Of a stretch of DNA of 64,000 nucleotides, positions 52,701-63,219 are shown piece after piece. Each line of letters opens with the position of its first letter. Positions within the stretch are counted from its first letter, which is position 1. Both the position numbers and the translations under genes were made by a program. The DNA is from Glycera tridactyla (Eukaryota). The stretch spans positions 96,658,001 to 96,722,000 of the forward strand of contig OZ286468.1 in assembly GCA_965644265.1 (NCBI GenBank), read 5' to 3'. A model generated the notes under the pieces. It made no database searches. It was not told the DNA's origin and saw nothing but the letters and a program-made list of their open reading frames with translations.

Positions 52701-53100
52701 GCCACACAAGTGAGGTATATGATCTGCATTGTATACTTTTTGGTACCAAATGAGGTGAAGTTGAGTCCAGTCAATTGCTATCTTGCAGGGATTGCCTCTT
52801 CATGCATGTCCAATGAGCAAACTATCAACAAGCAATCTGGAAGACCTGCTTGCAGGCTAATCCTGTGATTCCAAGCCCAAAGGAACATGAATGGGTAGAA
52901 GATGAGGGCAAGCTGGCAATCCACTGGATGAGCTCCCCACCAGCCCCTGAAGTGGTTTTCTGAACTTTTATCATGCAAAGGCCTCCACTCTTGCAAAATG
53001 CCAAGTCGCACATGCCCGAAAAATGGGCTGTCATGCACAAACATGTGCAAGTTACAAACTTGCAGCAACTGACAACAACAGAAAAACCCTGAACCTGAAA
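49750..53100 (+). pseudogene. Disrupted Academ transposase / XPG-like nuclease / CXC polyprotein
   Basis: Frameshifted fragments in order: WDNIDRLEETISGAGTSHRVNGIAVQ; FEQALYSKA; LGDFH; FAYDRMNYARFLPYY; IPSDQAIAETVNKDTQ; IIDGMSLIQK; STHEEADT..EDTDV; HTFTGCDTVSAFAGCGK; CKGLHSCK..CPKNGLSCTNMCKLQTC. Multiple stops and frameshifts are present. Confidence 0.85.
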
Positions 53101-53609
53101 TTGAACTTGAAGATTCAGTGATGATGAAGATGAGCAGTATGATGATTAGAACAATGTGTTGAAGAGAACCAGACTTGCAATGATGTGAAATTTGATCATT
53201 CTGAAGTTGATTAGTCTGTTTAATGCTGAGTAGCTCATACAAATCATCAATGGACATGACAAAAATATGGTCACATCCCTTCTTCGAGTGAAATATACAT
53301 TGTTCTATATGCTACTGTGTATAGATATGAATATGAACATTCTTTGTAATATTTGATTTGTTCCAATCTCATTAGCCCACTGTCCAATTTCAGTATCCCA
53401 CACATTCTGCCATCCTGGCTTCAGTGGTTGTCTTGTAAATATTGCCAGGTCTACTGGTCTTGACACCTGACATAATGTGTGGATATCATATAAGAATATA
53501 CAAGCTACAGAACTTATACACCAAAATATCATATGGTGATAGTGCTTCAAGAGAATATTGAACGTTGGTATGTGATTGTGACATAGTTATTACCAATATC
53601 TCAACAAAA

Positions 53610-54667
53610 ATGCATTTTCTTACATTCGACCTTGACCTTATTCTGTGACCTTGATGCTTGAGTGAGAATCTGATAAGATCATTGGATAGGCCACCCATCT
53701 AAACATATAGATAGTCACTGAAATCATGTCTCTGAGATGTTCCATTGCTGAGATAGACCGAACTTTGTATTGAAGTGAATATGGGATTTTCAGGACCTGT
53801 TGCCATGGAGATCACCATAACATCACTAAGCTCTCCATTGAGAAGGATTGATGAATTGTATCATAAATCAGGGTAGTTTACCATGAAATTCAGAATATTG
53901 GTACATTTCCTGGTGTTTGTTAGTGATTGAGACATAGTTATTTGCATTATATCACCAAAAATGCTAATTTTCGACATTCGACCTTGACCTTATTTTGTGA
54001 CTTGATGTCTGAGTGAAAATCTAGTAACACCATTGGATAGGCCATCCCTCTGAACATACGTATAGACACTGAAATCATGTCTCTGTGATGTTTTCTTGCT
54101 GAGATGGACCATAGTTCCATAAACAGGTGAATATGGGATTTGAAGGATGTGTTTCCATGGAAATCACCATAAAATCACTGAGCTCTTTGATAGGATAAAC
54201 TAATGAATCAGAATATTATCTAAGGATAGTACTTCAAAGAAATATGGAATAGTGGAACATTTCCTGATGTTTGTTGGTGAATGAGACACAACTATTTCCA
54301 ATGATTTGTGAAGTTTTGCTATTTTTGTCATTTGACGTTGACCTTGGGATGTGACCTTGATGTGCGAGTGAGAATTTTGAAGCACCATTGGATAGGCCAT
54401 CCCTTTGAACATATGAATCAACCTTGAAATCATGTCTCTATGATGTTTTGTTGCTGAGATATATTGTTTTCTGTCATATGAGCAAGTGTTGAAATTTCAT
54501 GACTTGTTGCCATGGAAACGGCTATAGCATATGTCAGCTACTCTGCTGGAAGCCTTATCATGCCAAAACATGAAGCCAAAAGATGTACCATTCTGAAAAT
54601 GTATGATAACCTTTGCCACCTCGGATGGTACCAATATCTCATTTTCAGGGGTCTGGCCCATGGACTA
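53610..54667 (-). repeat. Right TIR of the Academ element
   Basis: CATTGGATAGGCCA at ~53680, 54031 and 54386. Inverted match to the left TIR with scattered substitutions and an indel near the tip. Confidence 0.9.
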
Positions 54668-55076
54668 ATTCTCCTCCTGGGTGGATCTGCTACTATCATT
54701 CCAGGAATGTCTATCAATAGAGCAACTCCTTCAACTATCCTGGCTGAGTTTGCCAACTATCATCTTAGGTAAATCTGCCAACTAATACTTCAGTCGATTC
54801 TGGAACCTATCGTCATAGGCAAGTCAGCCGTCTATCACTATGGGTATGCAAACTATTATCGCAGATTTATCTGCCTATTATCATCCTGAGCAGTTTTGTC
54901 ATCATCACTAGATAAGACTGCCAACTAAGCATTGAGACCGACCTCCATTGTTGAATAATCTGCGCAATATTAGTCTCTGTATAGTTCAGGAGAACAGAAG
55001 TATCTTATAAGTATCTGTCTGACTTTCGCTCTTCTGAATTCATCCCGTCCCCTACAGTCCCCCAAAGAGTCAAATA

Positions 55077-55234
55077 CAGCCAAACCTGTCTATGAAGACC
55101 GCCTTCGATCGTATCAAGAACAGTCTTCATGAGCAGGTGGTCTTTATAGCGAGGTCATTTACTGTTGAAAATACTACCATGGTCGCAGCTCAGGTGGTTT
55201 ATATAGAGAGGGTTTTTTAGAGCAGGTTCGACTG
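55077..55234. mobile_element. 158-bp Tc1/mariner(pogo)-type MITE
   Basis: TA|CAGCCAAACCTG...CAGGTTCGACTG|TA: 12-bp TIR with 2 mismatches and a TA target duplication. Confidence 0.7.
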
Positions 55235-56509
55235 TATTTGGGAAAGCGATGGTGAATGGATGAGCCTTAACCATCGTTCCTCGAGTAATCATGTGCGGAG
55301 GTCAATCAAATATGCGATAAAAGTGATTTGTGAAGATCATAGACTTGTTAGTGACCAATTATCATTTCTTGAACAGTCATGTGTGGTGCTTAATCTTTCG
55401 TTGTAACAATGTTTTGTCAGTGTGGGAGCTGGTAAGTAATTCCAATTCTTTTGTAAAAGGATAAACCGAGGATGAATAGGCGATAAAAGTAATCTATTAT
55501 GATTATAGTCTTAGAGTATCAAGCATCGTCACTAGAATGATTGCTTTTGAAATCTGTCTTCTTTGCCCTTTCAACTGGAAGTTTCAGTCTTGATTGATAT
55601 GAGATTCGCGTTGTTTCAGAAAGATGTATGATCACCAGGAGTGCCATGATAAGATGTATAGATGTGAGTCACCAGGTTCCGGAATCTCATTATTCAAATG
55701 TTTAAAATTTGCATCAAGATAGCATCTCTTCCATCAACAGAGTTGGACAACAACTGTCGTAGGCATACTAATCTGCTGATATATCCTCAGAATAGAGCAT
55801 ACACTGGGAATTCTCATAGTAAAATAAACATTGTGGTCGAACACCATTTGCATGTCCCCAGAGATTGAATGGGTTTGATATTTCGCTAGGCTTCGATGTG
55901 CCTCATAGATTTCCACCCCTCTCCCTCGCCCAACGAATAGTTTTTTTTCAAACGTGAGATAAGAATTTTTTTTTCAACTGCAGATCAGTAGAATATCATA
56001 TATCATATGTCAGATCATTTGATATCAATCATGATGTACACTATTCACATTCTCTATACTCGTGAGCCAGTGTGTACCATAAGCTTGAGAGATTCATTAA
56101 CTCCGAACAATACAATGATTCAAATATTTCAAGGTAAGTTGGGTGTACTTTATCTTTCAATGAACATATCGATTCATTCTTTTAGCGGTGCTAACATATT
56201 GCATATCATGCATTGTCATTCATCTCTGTTGGCTCAATCACTCAGTCAACAAACTTTATCTGATAAGCAATAGTCGATATCCAAATATTCGAGTTCTGGT
56301 TTGCCATACCTTGAAGGTTATCCGGCTCCAATCTGAGGGTATGAGCTCACCCGAGTGATATCATTCCCTATTGAATGATGTGTGATAATTCAGTAAAAAA
56401 GATCAAATTGATCACAGAAAGTCATGAAAGATCAGGTACTTACAGTAAGTGATAGATATTAGACATATTGATACTCTTGGCATTCATTGAGGTCGCTGAC
56501 GTCATCAGG

Positions 56510-57520
56510 GACATGATGGTGAACTAGTGTAATGTATTAGGAGGACCATGATGAATGTCAATGATGATAGCTGGATGTGATCAACACTAGTGTCATGTAT
56601 GTGGAGGACCATGGGAAAAGTCAATGATGAGAGGTGGATGTGATGATCACTAGTGTAATGTATGTGGAGGACCATGGGGAATGTCGATGATGATAGCTGG
56701 ATGTGATGATCACTAGTGTAATGTATGTGGAGGACCATGGGGAATGTCAATGATGAGAGGTGGATGTGATGATCACTAGTGTAATGTATGTGGAAGACCA
56801 TTTGGAAACTCGATGATGATAGCTGGATGTGAAACACACTAGTGTAATGCATGTGGAGGACCGTGGGGAAAAGCAAATGATGAGAGGTGAATGTGATGAT
56901 TACTAGTGTAATGTATGTGGAGGACCACGAGGAATGTCAATGATGATAGCTGGATGTGATAATCACTATGTAATGTATTAGGAAGACCATGGGGAAAGTC
57001 AATGATGATAGCTGGATGTGATAATCACTAGTGTAATGTATGTGGAGGACCATGGGGAATGTCAATGATGATAGCTGGATGTGATAATCACTAGTGTGAT
57101 GTATGTGGAGGACCATGGGAAAGATAATGATGGTAGGTGGATGTGGTAATCACTAGTGTAATGTATGTGGAGGACTATTGGGAATGTCAATGATGAAAGC
57201 TGGATGTAATGATCGCTAGTGTAATGTATTGGGGGGACCATGGGGAATGTCAATGATGATAGCTGGATGTGAAAATCACTAGTGTAATGTATGCTGAAGA
57301 CCATGGGGAATGTCAATGATGATAGGTGGATGTGATGATCACTAGTTTAATTTATGTGGAGGACCATGGGGAATGTCGATGATGATAGCTGGATGTGATG
57401 ATCACTAGTGTAATGTATGTGGAGGACCATAGGGAAAGTCAATGTTGCTAGCTGGATGTGGTATAATCACTAGTGTAATGTAGGTGGCGGACCACGGGAA
57501 AGTCAATGGTGATAGTCAAT
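56510..57520. repeat. 63-bp minisatellite, ~16 degenerate copies
   Basis: CACTAG at 56585, 56648 and 56711; unit contains GGAGGACCATGGGGAATGTCAATGATGATAGCTGGATGTG. Confidence 0.95.
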
Positions 57521-59111
57521 CCTTATATTCCTTCTAAGTATATGACTGAGTAATTGAACGGTATCGGATCACAGTATAATGTTATATCGATCAATCTCGA
57601 GGGGCATTCAATTTCCTTGGATGTTCATTGTATCTCTAATCGGCCGTGTTTATAGGAATTTCTTCTTGTCTTTCGCAACGAGTAGAGACGGCTTTTTTCA
57701 GCATTTTCAGTTTTTCAGTCTGTAGTGTTGACCTGAAAGGCGAATGCAATCCATGGACCAAGATCCCAAAGATAATATTTGGATCCGAAAGACTGCCATG
57801 TTTGATGCCTTTTTCAAATACATTGCCCTCGTCCATCAATAGGAATAATTCCGAAATATCCTGCAATTCAGATCTAGGGCCATTGGTAATTACCCAATGG
57901 GGAGTTTGGAGGCGTAGATCCATCACCACAGCCTCCTGAACAAGTGGCTTAAGAGATAATTGAAACCTGCTGATTATATGGTTGCGGCGGCATAAAGCTC
58001 TACCTTGGAATGAGCTGAATGAAAGTGGTTGTATTGGAGGTAATTATCGCCAGGAGGCGCTGATGGGAAATAATTCTCGTAGGCCATTTACTGTTATCTG
58101 CATTAACCAATTATGTGGTATGCATTCTTACCCGAATTGCGTATTACATCATGTGATTTAATACTGAGCCACAGGCACTGCATAAATGCATTAACATCCA
58201 AAGAGATTTTGCTTCCATTCACATTCTCAGTTCTATTTTATTTGTGTAGTGATGCACAGAAAAGATCTCATTATGATATAATGTGAGTAGTTCAAGACCA
58301 TTCCATTGTGACTGAATTGTAGCTCTCGTAGTCATATGGATGAACCACTAGTGTTTCAGTGCATGATTTATTCATTTTTAGTGTTTCAACACAGAACGAG
58401 TAGATATTCATCGGTATGCAGTAATAAGCAAGGGACGAACCCGAAGGTTCTGTATATCCATTAAAGATTGCTCACTCCTTCGAGTCTGACGAATAGCCAT
58501 TCCATGAAGTTCGGACTTTGAATTGAATCGAAACTTCATTTTGGAACGAGTGACACAATTGGTAACAGATATTAATATATGCAACAATATACAGCCTTTG
58601 TAAAGACGCTTTTGTTGGTCTCCAGATGATTCATGATGAAAAAATAATGTCTCACTTTGTAACGATTTTTCCTGACTAAAAGACATGATCACCTGAGCAG
58701 CATGACAACGCGCATGTCATCACACGTGATCAAAACTCCTAATCGGCAAGTTGAAACGCCGACAAACCGTTTCAAGAATCGTTTCAAAGTGAGACAGTAT
58801 CTATCCATCCCAATCTCCAGCCTATTGCTTCACAAAAATACGTTGTTATTATTGGTCATGACATTTTGTTGGTAGTATATCCAATCCGTCTGAACATCTG
58901 GGATAAGTAATGGATTATGATGATCAATGCCGAATAAAAATATGATAATAATGTTAACAATAACAAATTACTAATAAGGTAATGATAAAAGTGATAATGA
59001 TAATACCGATAATAATGAATCGTCATTGCAGTTGCTTGAGTATTTACATGTGAACTACCACAATACTCTTTTGTGGCGGAGTATGATCATGATTATCATC
59101 CGATATTGTGG

Positions 59112-59180
59112 TAGGACCTGCGATTGAACCCCAGACCCATTGCATGCCGGCCCAGCATGCTACCATTGAGCCGCCAAGGC
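59112..59180 (-). mobile_element. tRNA-Gly-like SINE head or tRNA pseudogene
   Basis: Minus strand GCCTTGGCGGCTCAATGGTAGCATGCTGGGCCGGCATGCAATGGGTCTGGGGTTCAATCGC is near-identical to the head at 63049. Confidence 0.7.
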
Positions 59181-59289
59181 AGGCTAGGGTGCATGTAATC
59201 GCCGCCTACAATGTATGTTCGTAAGTGGGGTATAACACGAGAGGTTACATGGCACGTGGTATGACCATCGCCCAGTAACGTGATGCTTT

Positions 59290-59400
59290 CACGTCACTGC
59301 TGATCGGCCATATACACGACGAATCGCGCGAATTTGTGGGCGCCGCCATGTTGAGTCTTCGCGCGAGTACCGCTTTGCCCGCTCACTTCCGGTCTCGCTC
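59290..59400 (-). promoter_or_regulatory. CpG-rich promoter-like motif cluster (ETS plus YY1/Kozak)
   Basis: Minus strand has CCGGAAGTG followed ~35 nt later by CAACATGGCGGCG. Function not shown. Confidence 0.3.
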
Positions 59401-59819
59401 AACACAATTGAAAATACATTGACTTCAACTCACTCTCTCGCCCTCTCACCTTCCCCCAACTTTGAGCCATGGCTTCCACACGTTCGGTGAGGTCAAAGAG
59501 CTTTGTAAAGCTTTGATCCGTGGCTTCCACGCCTTCACAATTCACCTGTGAACCCCTTAAGAGTTGCCGATGCTGGACCGTGGCTTTCACGCCTTCACAG
59601 TTCACCTGTGAACTCACAGAAGGGTTGCCGAGCTCGATCCATGGCTTCCACACCTTTGCCTCTGATCACTGAGCCATGGCTTCAACACCCTCACCTTTGA
59701 ACTCATAAGTCATTGGTGGCTGGCTGAGAAGGGAGGTGGGGGGTTACGTGCCTGCCTGCCTGTATTACTGGTACACACCCACTCACACCCACACACTCCA
59801 CTGAGCTCAAAAGAGGAAC

Positions 59820-59897
59820 GGTGACGATGTCGATGACGATGACGATGATGACGATGACGATGACGATGACGATGATGAAGATGACGATGATGACGAT

Positions 59898-59930
<33 letters not shown>

Positions 59931-60530
59931 NNNNNNNNNNNNNNNNNNNNNNNNNNNNNNNNNNNNNNNNNNNNNNNNNNNNNNNNNNNNNNNNNNNNNN
60001 NNNNNNNNNNNNNNNNNNNNNNNNNNNNNNNNNNNNNNNNNNNNNNNNNNNNNNNNNNNNNNNNNNNNNNNNNNNNNNNNNNNNNNNNNNNNNNNNNNNN
60101 NNNNNNNNNNNNNNNNNNNNNNNNNNNNNNNNNNNNNNNNNNNNNNNNNNNNNNNNNNNNNNNNNNNNNNNNNNNNNNNNNNNNNNNNNNNNNNNNNNNN
60201 NNNNNNNNNNNNNNNNNNNNNNNNNNNNNNNNNNNNNNNNNNNNNNNNNNNNNNNNNNNNNNNNNNNNNACTCAACCACTCAATCAACCACTCAATCAAC
60301 CACTCAATCAACCACTCAATCAACCACTCAACCACTCACTCAACCACTCACTCAATCACTCACTCAATCACTCACTCAACCACTCACTCAATCGACCAAT
60401 CACTCATCCACACACTCACTCACTCAACGACATGATGATGAGTGTGGGTGGGTGGCTGGGTGGGTGGGTGGCTGGGTGAGTGAGTTAGGTGACTGTCATC
60501 GTCGTCGTCATCATCATCATCTGAAGATGA
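59820..60530. repeat. Compound microsatellites (GAC/GAT)n, (CACT/TCAA)n and (GGGT)n around an N-run
   Basis: Direct reading. Confidence 0.9.
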
Positions 60531-61670
60531 TGCTGGTGACGATCTCATGTCATTAATGCAATCTATGGTAAATTCAAAGCTGATCCTGCTCATTCATGTT
60601 TATTCAATATTTTGAGCATGAATATCTTTCTATTACATGGTACTTATCTGATCATCATATGACCTGAAAGGTTCAGCTTCTATGTGAGCAGAGTTCAACA
60701 AATTAGTTCAGAGTTTGAAATCCCACCTGAAATAACACATTTTTGAAATCCGAAATAAGTCCTGGGGGGTTACATACAAAAGGAGCATATCATTTTATTC
60801 ATCTTGGAAGTCTCTATCAGTTCATGGGGGGGGGGGGGGGCTACTGAGATTTCAGAATATTTTTTCATAATATCATGGAATAAAGATGGAAAAAAGGTCA
60901 TTTTTCAAAATCAGAGGGCATTTGTCATTGAAAATTGTGAAAACTACAACGAAATTTGAGTAGCCCCCCATAGGATCTGTTAGAGGCCAAGTATCTGAAT
61001 ATAATTACATGCAAAATTCATATCTATCAGCTGGAAATTCATGACGAAATTGCAAAATGTATGATTTCAGGGAGAATTCTCTACTTTGGTGGTTGCCATG
61101 GCAACCATAACCTTGGATACAGATGATTAAACCAACCTGTTTTGAAGCCCAGTCATGTTTGTATACACATATTACATTGATCATGAGATCATTCCCTCTG
61201 GTCATGTTGAAATATAAGAATTCTCAGCATGTGTTAGTGCATGTCAACAATGCAGCCAAAACTGCATTAACGACATGAGATGACAACGGCGACGATGCCA
61301 TGCAGGCTTCGTCGTCTGCTACGCATCAACGCTACCCGCCACCAGCGCGCCGAGGATCGGCGCATGTAGCGCGGAAGTGGTGGGGCAAACAGAGAGCGTC
61401 TGCTATTACCCGTGATTCCATGCGCGCCCAGCAGCGCCATCTAGCCAACAAATCGTCCTCTATAACAATTCACAGTCAAGGATTATCCGGTAGCCTCGCG
61501 GGTTCGATCTGTGTCGCGTCACGGCAACATTTCGGGAATATACCTAGAGTAAAATTTGAGAAACTCCTGAACCAGTGGTTCAATTCTCACAATCCAAATA
61601 TCAAATTGAAGGTACTTCATTATTCTATGAATTTATCAGATTATGTACCAGCGGGGTGAGAGTATAGTAA

Positions 61671-61819
61671 GAAGTCCCTGCCGGGTGTTATCGGCGTTTT
61701 TCCCAACGAGGTGCGACGACGGCCGCCGGCAGTCCCGAGGCCGCAGGCCGAGGGACTGCCGGCGGCCGTCGTCGCACAGAGTTGGGAAAAACAAGCCGAT
61801 CACACCCGGCAGGGACTTC
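61671..61819. mobile_element. ~150-bp GC-rich palindromic element, family B
   Basis: Perfect 26-bp stem (61711-61736/61752-61777) around GAGGCCGCAGGCCGA. Outer stems: GTTTTTCCCAAC/GTTGGGAAAAAC, CCGGGTGTTATCGGC/GCCGATCACACCCGG (14/15) and AAGTCCCTG/CAGGGACTT. Confidence 0.8.
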
Positions 61820-62219
61820 TTACTTTTCTCTCACAACCTTATCAGAATGATTATTAAGAAGAAATTGAATGCAAATTGTGTTTTAGTGGTGGTTGTTGGT
61901 TCTAGCAGGTCTATATACCGACGGGAGGCCGAACGGCAAGCAGGTGACAAAGCTGGGTATAATTATTCAAAAAAAGTATTCACAAAAATGATATTTTACG
62001 AGCCGTAATCCCATATATTCTAAAAACACTATGTTGTTAGGCTGGTGAATGATATTTATGAATTTTTGATACAGTATGCGTGTGGATGCCAGTTGAATTT
62101 TTAGGGAAACTTGCTGAAAGTAACAAATCCATCTGAAGCCTATACTAGAATTCAAGGCGCCATTCATAATAGGACAACAAAGTCGGCGGCGGCATAAACA
62201 AACCTAGCTCGGCGATCGG

Positions 62220-62945
62220 CAATGTTCGGCATGCGCACGGAAATAGCCGAGTCGGGTGTGTATGATCACTTTCACCAGGGTGTGATCACGGTGAGAACAC
62301 ACACCCCTATCTTTCCCCCATAATGGCTCTGGTCGTGAGAGAACGGCGTTTTCCCACCAGGTGTGACGCCGGGCTTCCGGCGCCCGGCGTCGGACCGAGT
62401 GGGAAAAAACAAGCCGATCTCACTCGCTTGTACTTCCCACTTTTCTCTCACAACCATTATATGATAATTTGGAAGAAATGGAAGCCACTGGTGTTGAGAG
62501 ATCTATGAAGAAGTTAGTTCGTTCCTGAAATCTTCCGGCGGAGTCCAACTGGTTCCTATTTTAGGGTCATATACACTCAAAAATCACTATATCTATGTCA
62601 AATTTCCATCTATTTTCTTTCATGCAAATGACCGAGGCATGAGTGATAACAAAAGGAAATCATATTTTTTGTTTTTTCATGATATTTGTTTATCTCCATT
62701 CGCCATATTACTGACAAAAACGGTATAATTGTGTGAAACGTTTTCACATACGAAAAATCGTATGTCAGGCGAATAATTGAAGCACCACCCAGTGGTGATG
62801 CTGAGAACTAGGGCGTCGGCAGTGTTCAGCAAGCAAACGGAAATAACCGAGTGGGGGTGTGTGATCACTTTCAGTGGGGTGTGATCACCGGTGAGATCAC
62901 ACGCCCCTATTTTTCTCCCCAAATGGCTCTGGTCGTGAGAGAATA
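62220..62945. repeat. Two related modules (~62220-62460 and ~62770-62945); the first has a hairpin related to family B
   Basis: Shared GATCACTTTCA...GGGTGTGATCAC...CCCCTAT...ATGGCTCTGGTCGTGAGAGA. Stem GACGCCGGGC/GCCCGGCGTC at 62365-62391. GGGAAAAA(A)CAAGCCGATC is shared with ~61784. Confidence 0.75.
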
Positions 62946-63048
62946 CAGAATATTTATTCGACCACTAGCGCGTTTCCGTGGCCCCGCTACTTGACGTGTA
63001 CGTTCTCTCCATACCCGGCACTTGGGCCACTCTATATGTAGGTCGTGT

Positions 63049-63219
63049 GCCTTGGTGGCTCAGTGGTAGCATGCTGGGCCAGCGTGCAATGGGTCTGGGG
63101 TTCTATCCCCGGTCCGACCGTGAAGGAATGTTTCACCTTTCATCTTCGCTCCTCCTTGGCAGGTGGTCCGATTTAGCCTATTCAAGTGCAGAAAGTGGAC
63201 CTAAAACCTCAACATTTTT
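63049..63219 (+). mobile_element. tRNA-derived SINE with a tRNA-Gly-like head
   Basis: A-box TGGCTCAGTGG (63056-63066) and B-box-like GGTTCTATCCC (63099-63109). The 5' end resembles tRNA-Gly GCATTGGTGGTTCAGTGGTAGAATTCT. A non-tRNA body follows, ending GGACCTAAAACCTCAACATTTT. Confidence 0.7.

Larger units (their letters stand above)
48592..54667 (+). mobile_element. Academ-superfamily (AcademX-type) DNA transposon, 6076 bp, degenerate
   Basis: Termini TAGTCCATGGGCCAGAC...GTCTGGCCCATGGACTA, flanked by a 3-bp direct repeat ATT (48589-48591 and 54668-54670). TIRs are ~1.05 kb. The internal ORF remnants carry XPG-like nuclease motifs and a C-terminal Cys cluster, the established AcademX architecture. 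Confidence 0.85.
48330..54960. repeat. Degenerate ~30-bp tandem repeat interrupted by the transposon (48330-48590 and ~54700-54960)
   Basis: GAGTCTGC(C)AAC/T-type units on the left resume as GAGTTTGCCAACTATC and AAATCTGCCAACT on the right. Confidence 0.6.

Noticed and set aside
56014-56133. Candidate 120-bp phase-1/phase-1 exon with a GTAAGT donor (DHLISIMMYTIHILYTREPV...)
   Set aside because: No polypyrimidine tract and no similarity to the expected TM3 sequence. RNA-seq junction reads would be needed to revive it.
56505-57316. His-rich 21-aa repeat ORFs (HIHYTSDHHIQLSSLTFPMVL)
   Set aside because: Translation of the 63-bp minisatellite, broken into short ORFs by indels and lacking splice or start context.
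57636-57929. 97-aa minus-strand ORF with an upstream acceptor-like site, considered as an exon of an antisense gene
   Set aside because: No host-protein similarity is recognisable. KGIKHGSLSDPNIIF weakly resembles the RT GxxQGDxLSPxLF motif, so a decayed LINE is more likely, but too weak to list as a feature.
9579-60435. Long ORFs spanning N-runs (e.g. 9579-10016, 11867-12379, 22697-23533, 42197-42832, 59703-60335)
   Set aside because: Their length comes from X residues and flanking microsatellites.
43921-61445. CTCF-like cores (GCGCCTCTAGCGG at 43921; GCGCCATCTAGC at ~61435)
   Set aside because: Both deviate from the consensus, lie in repeat-like sequence and have no supporting evidence.
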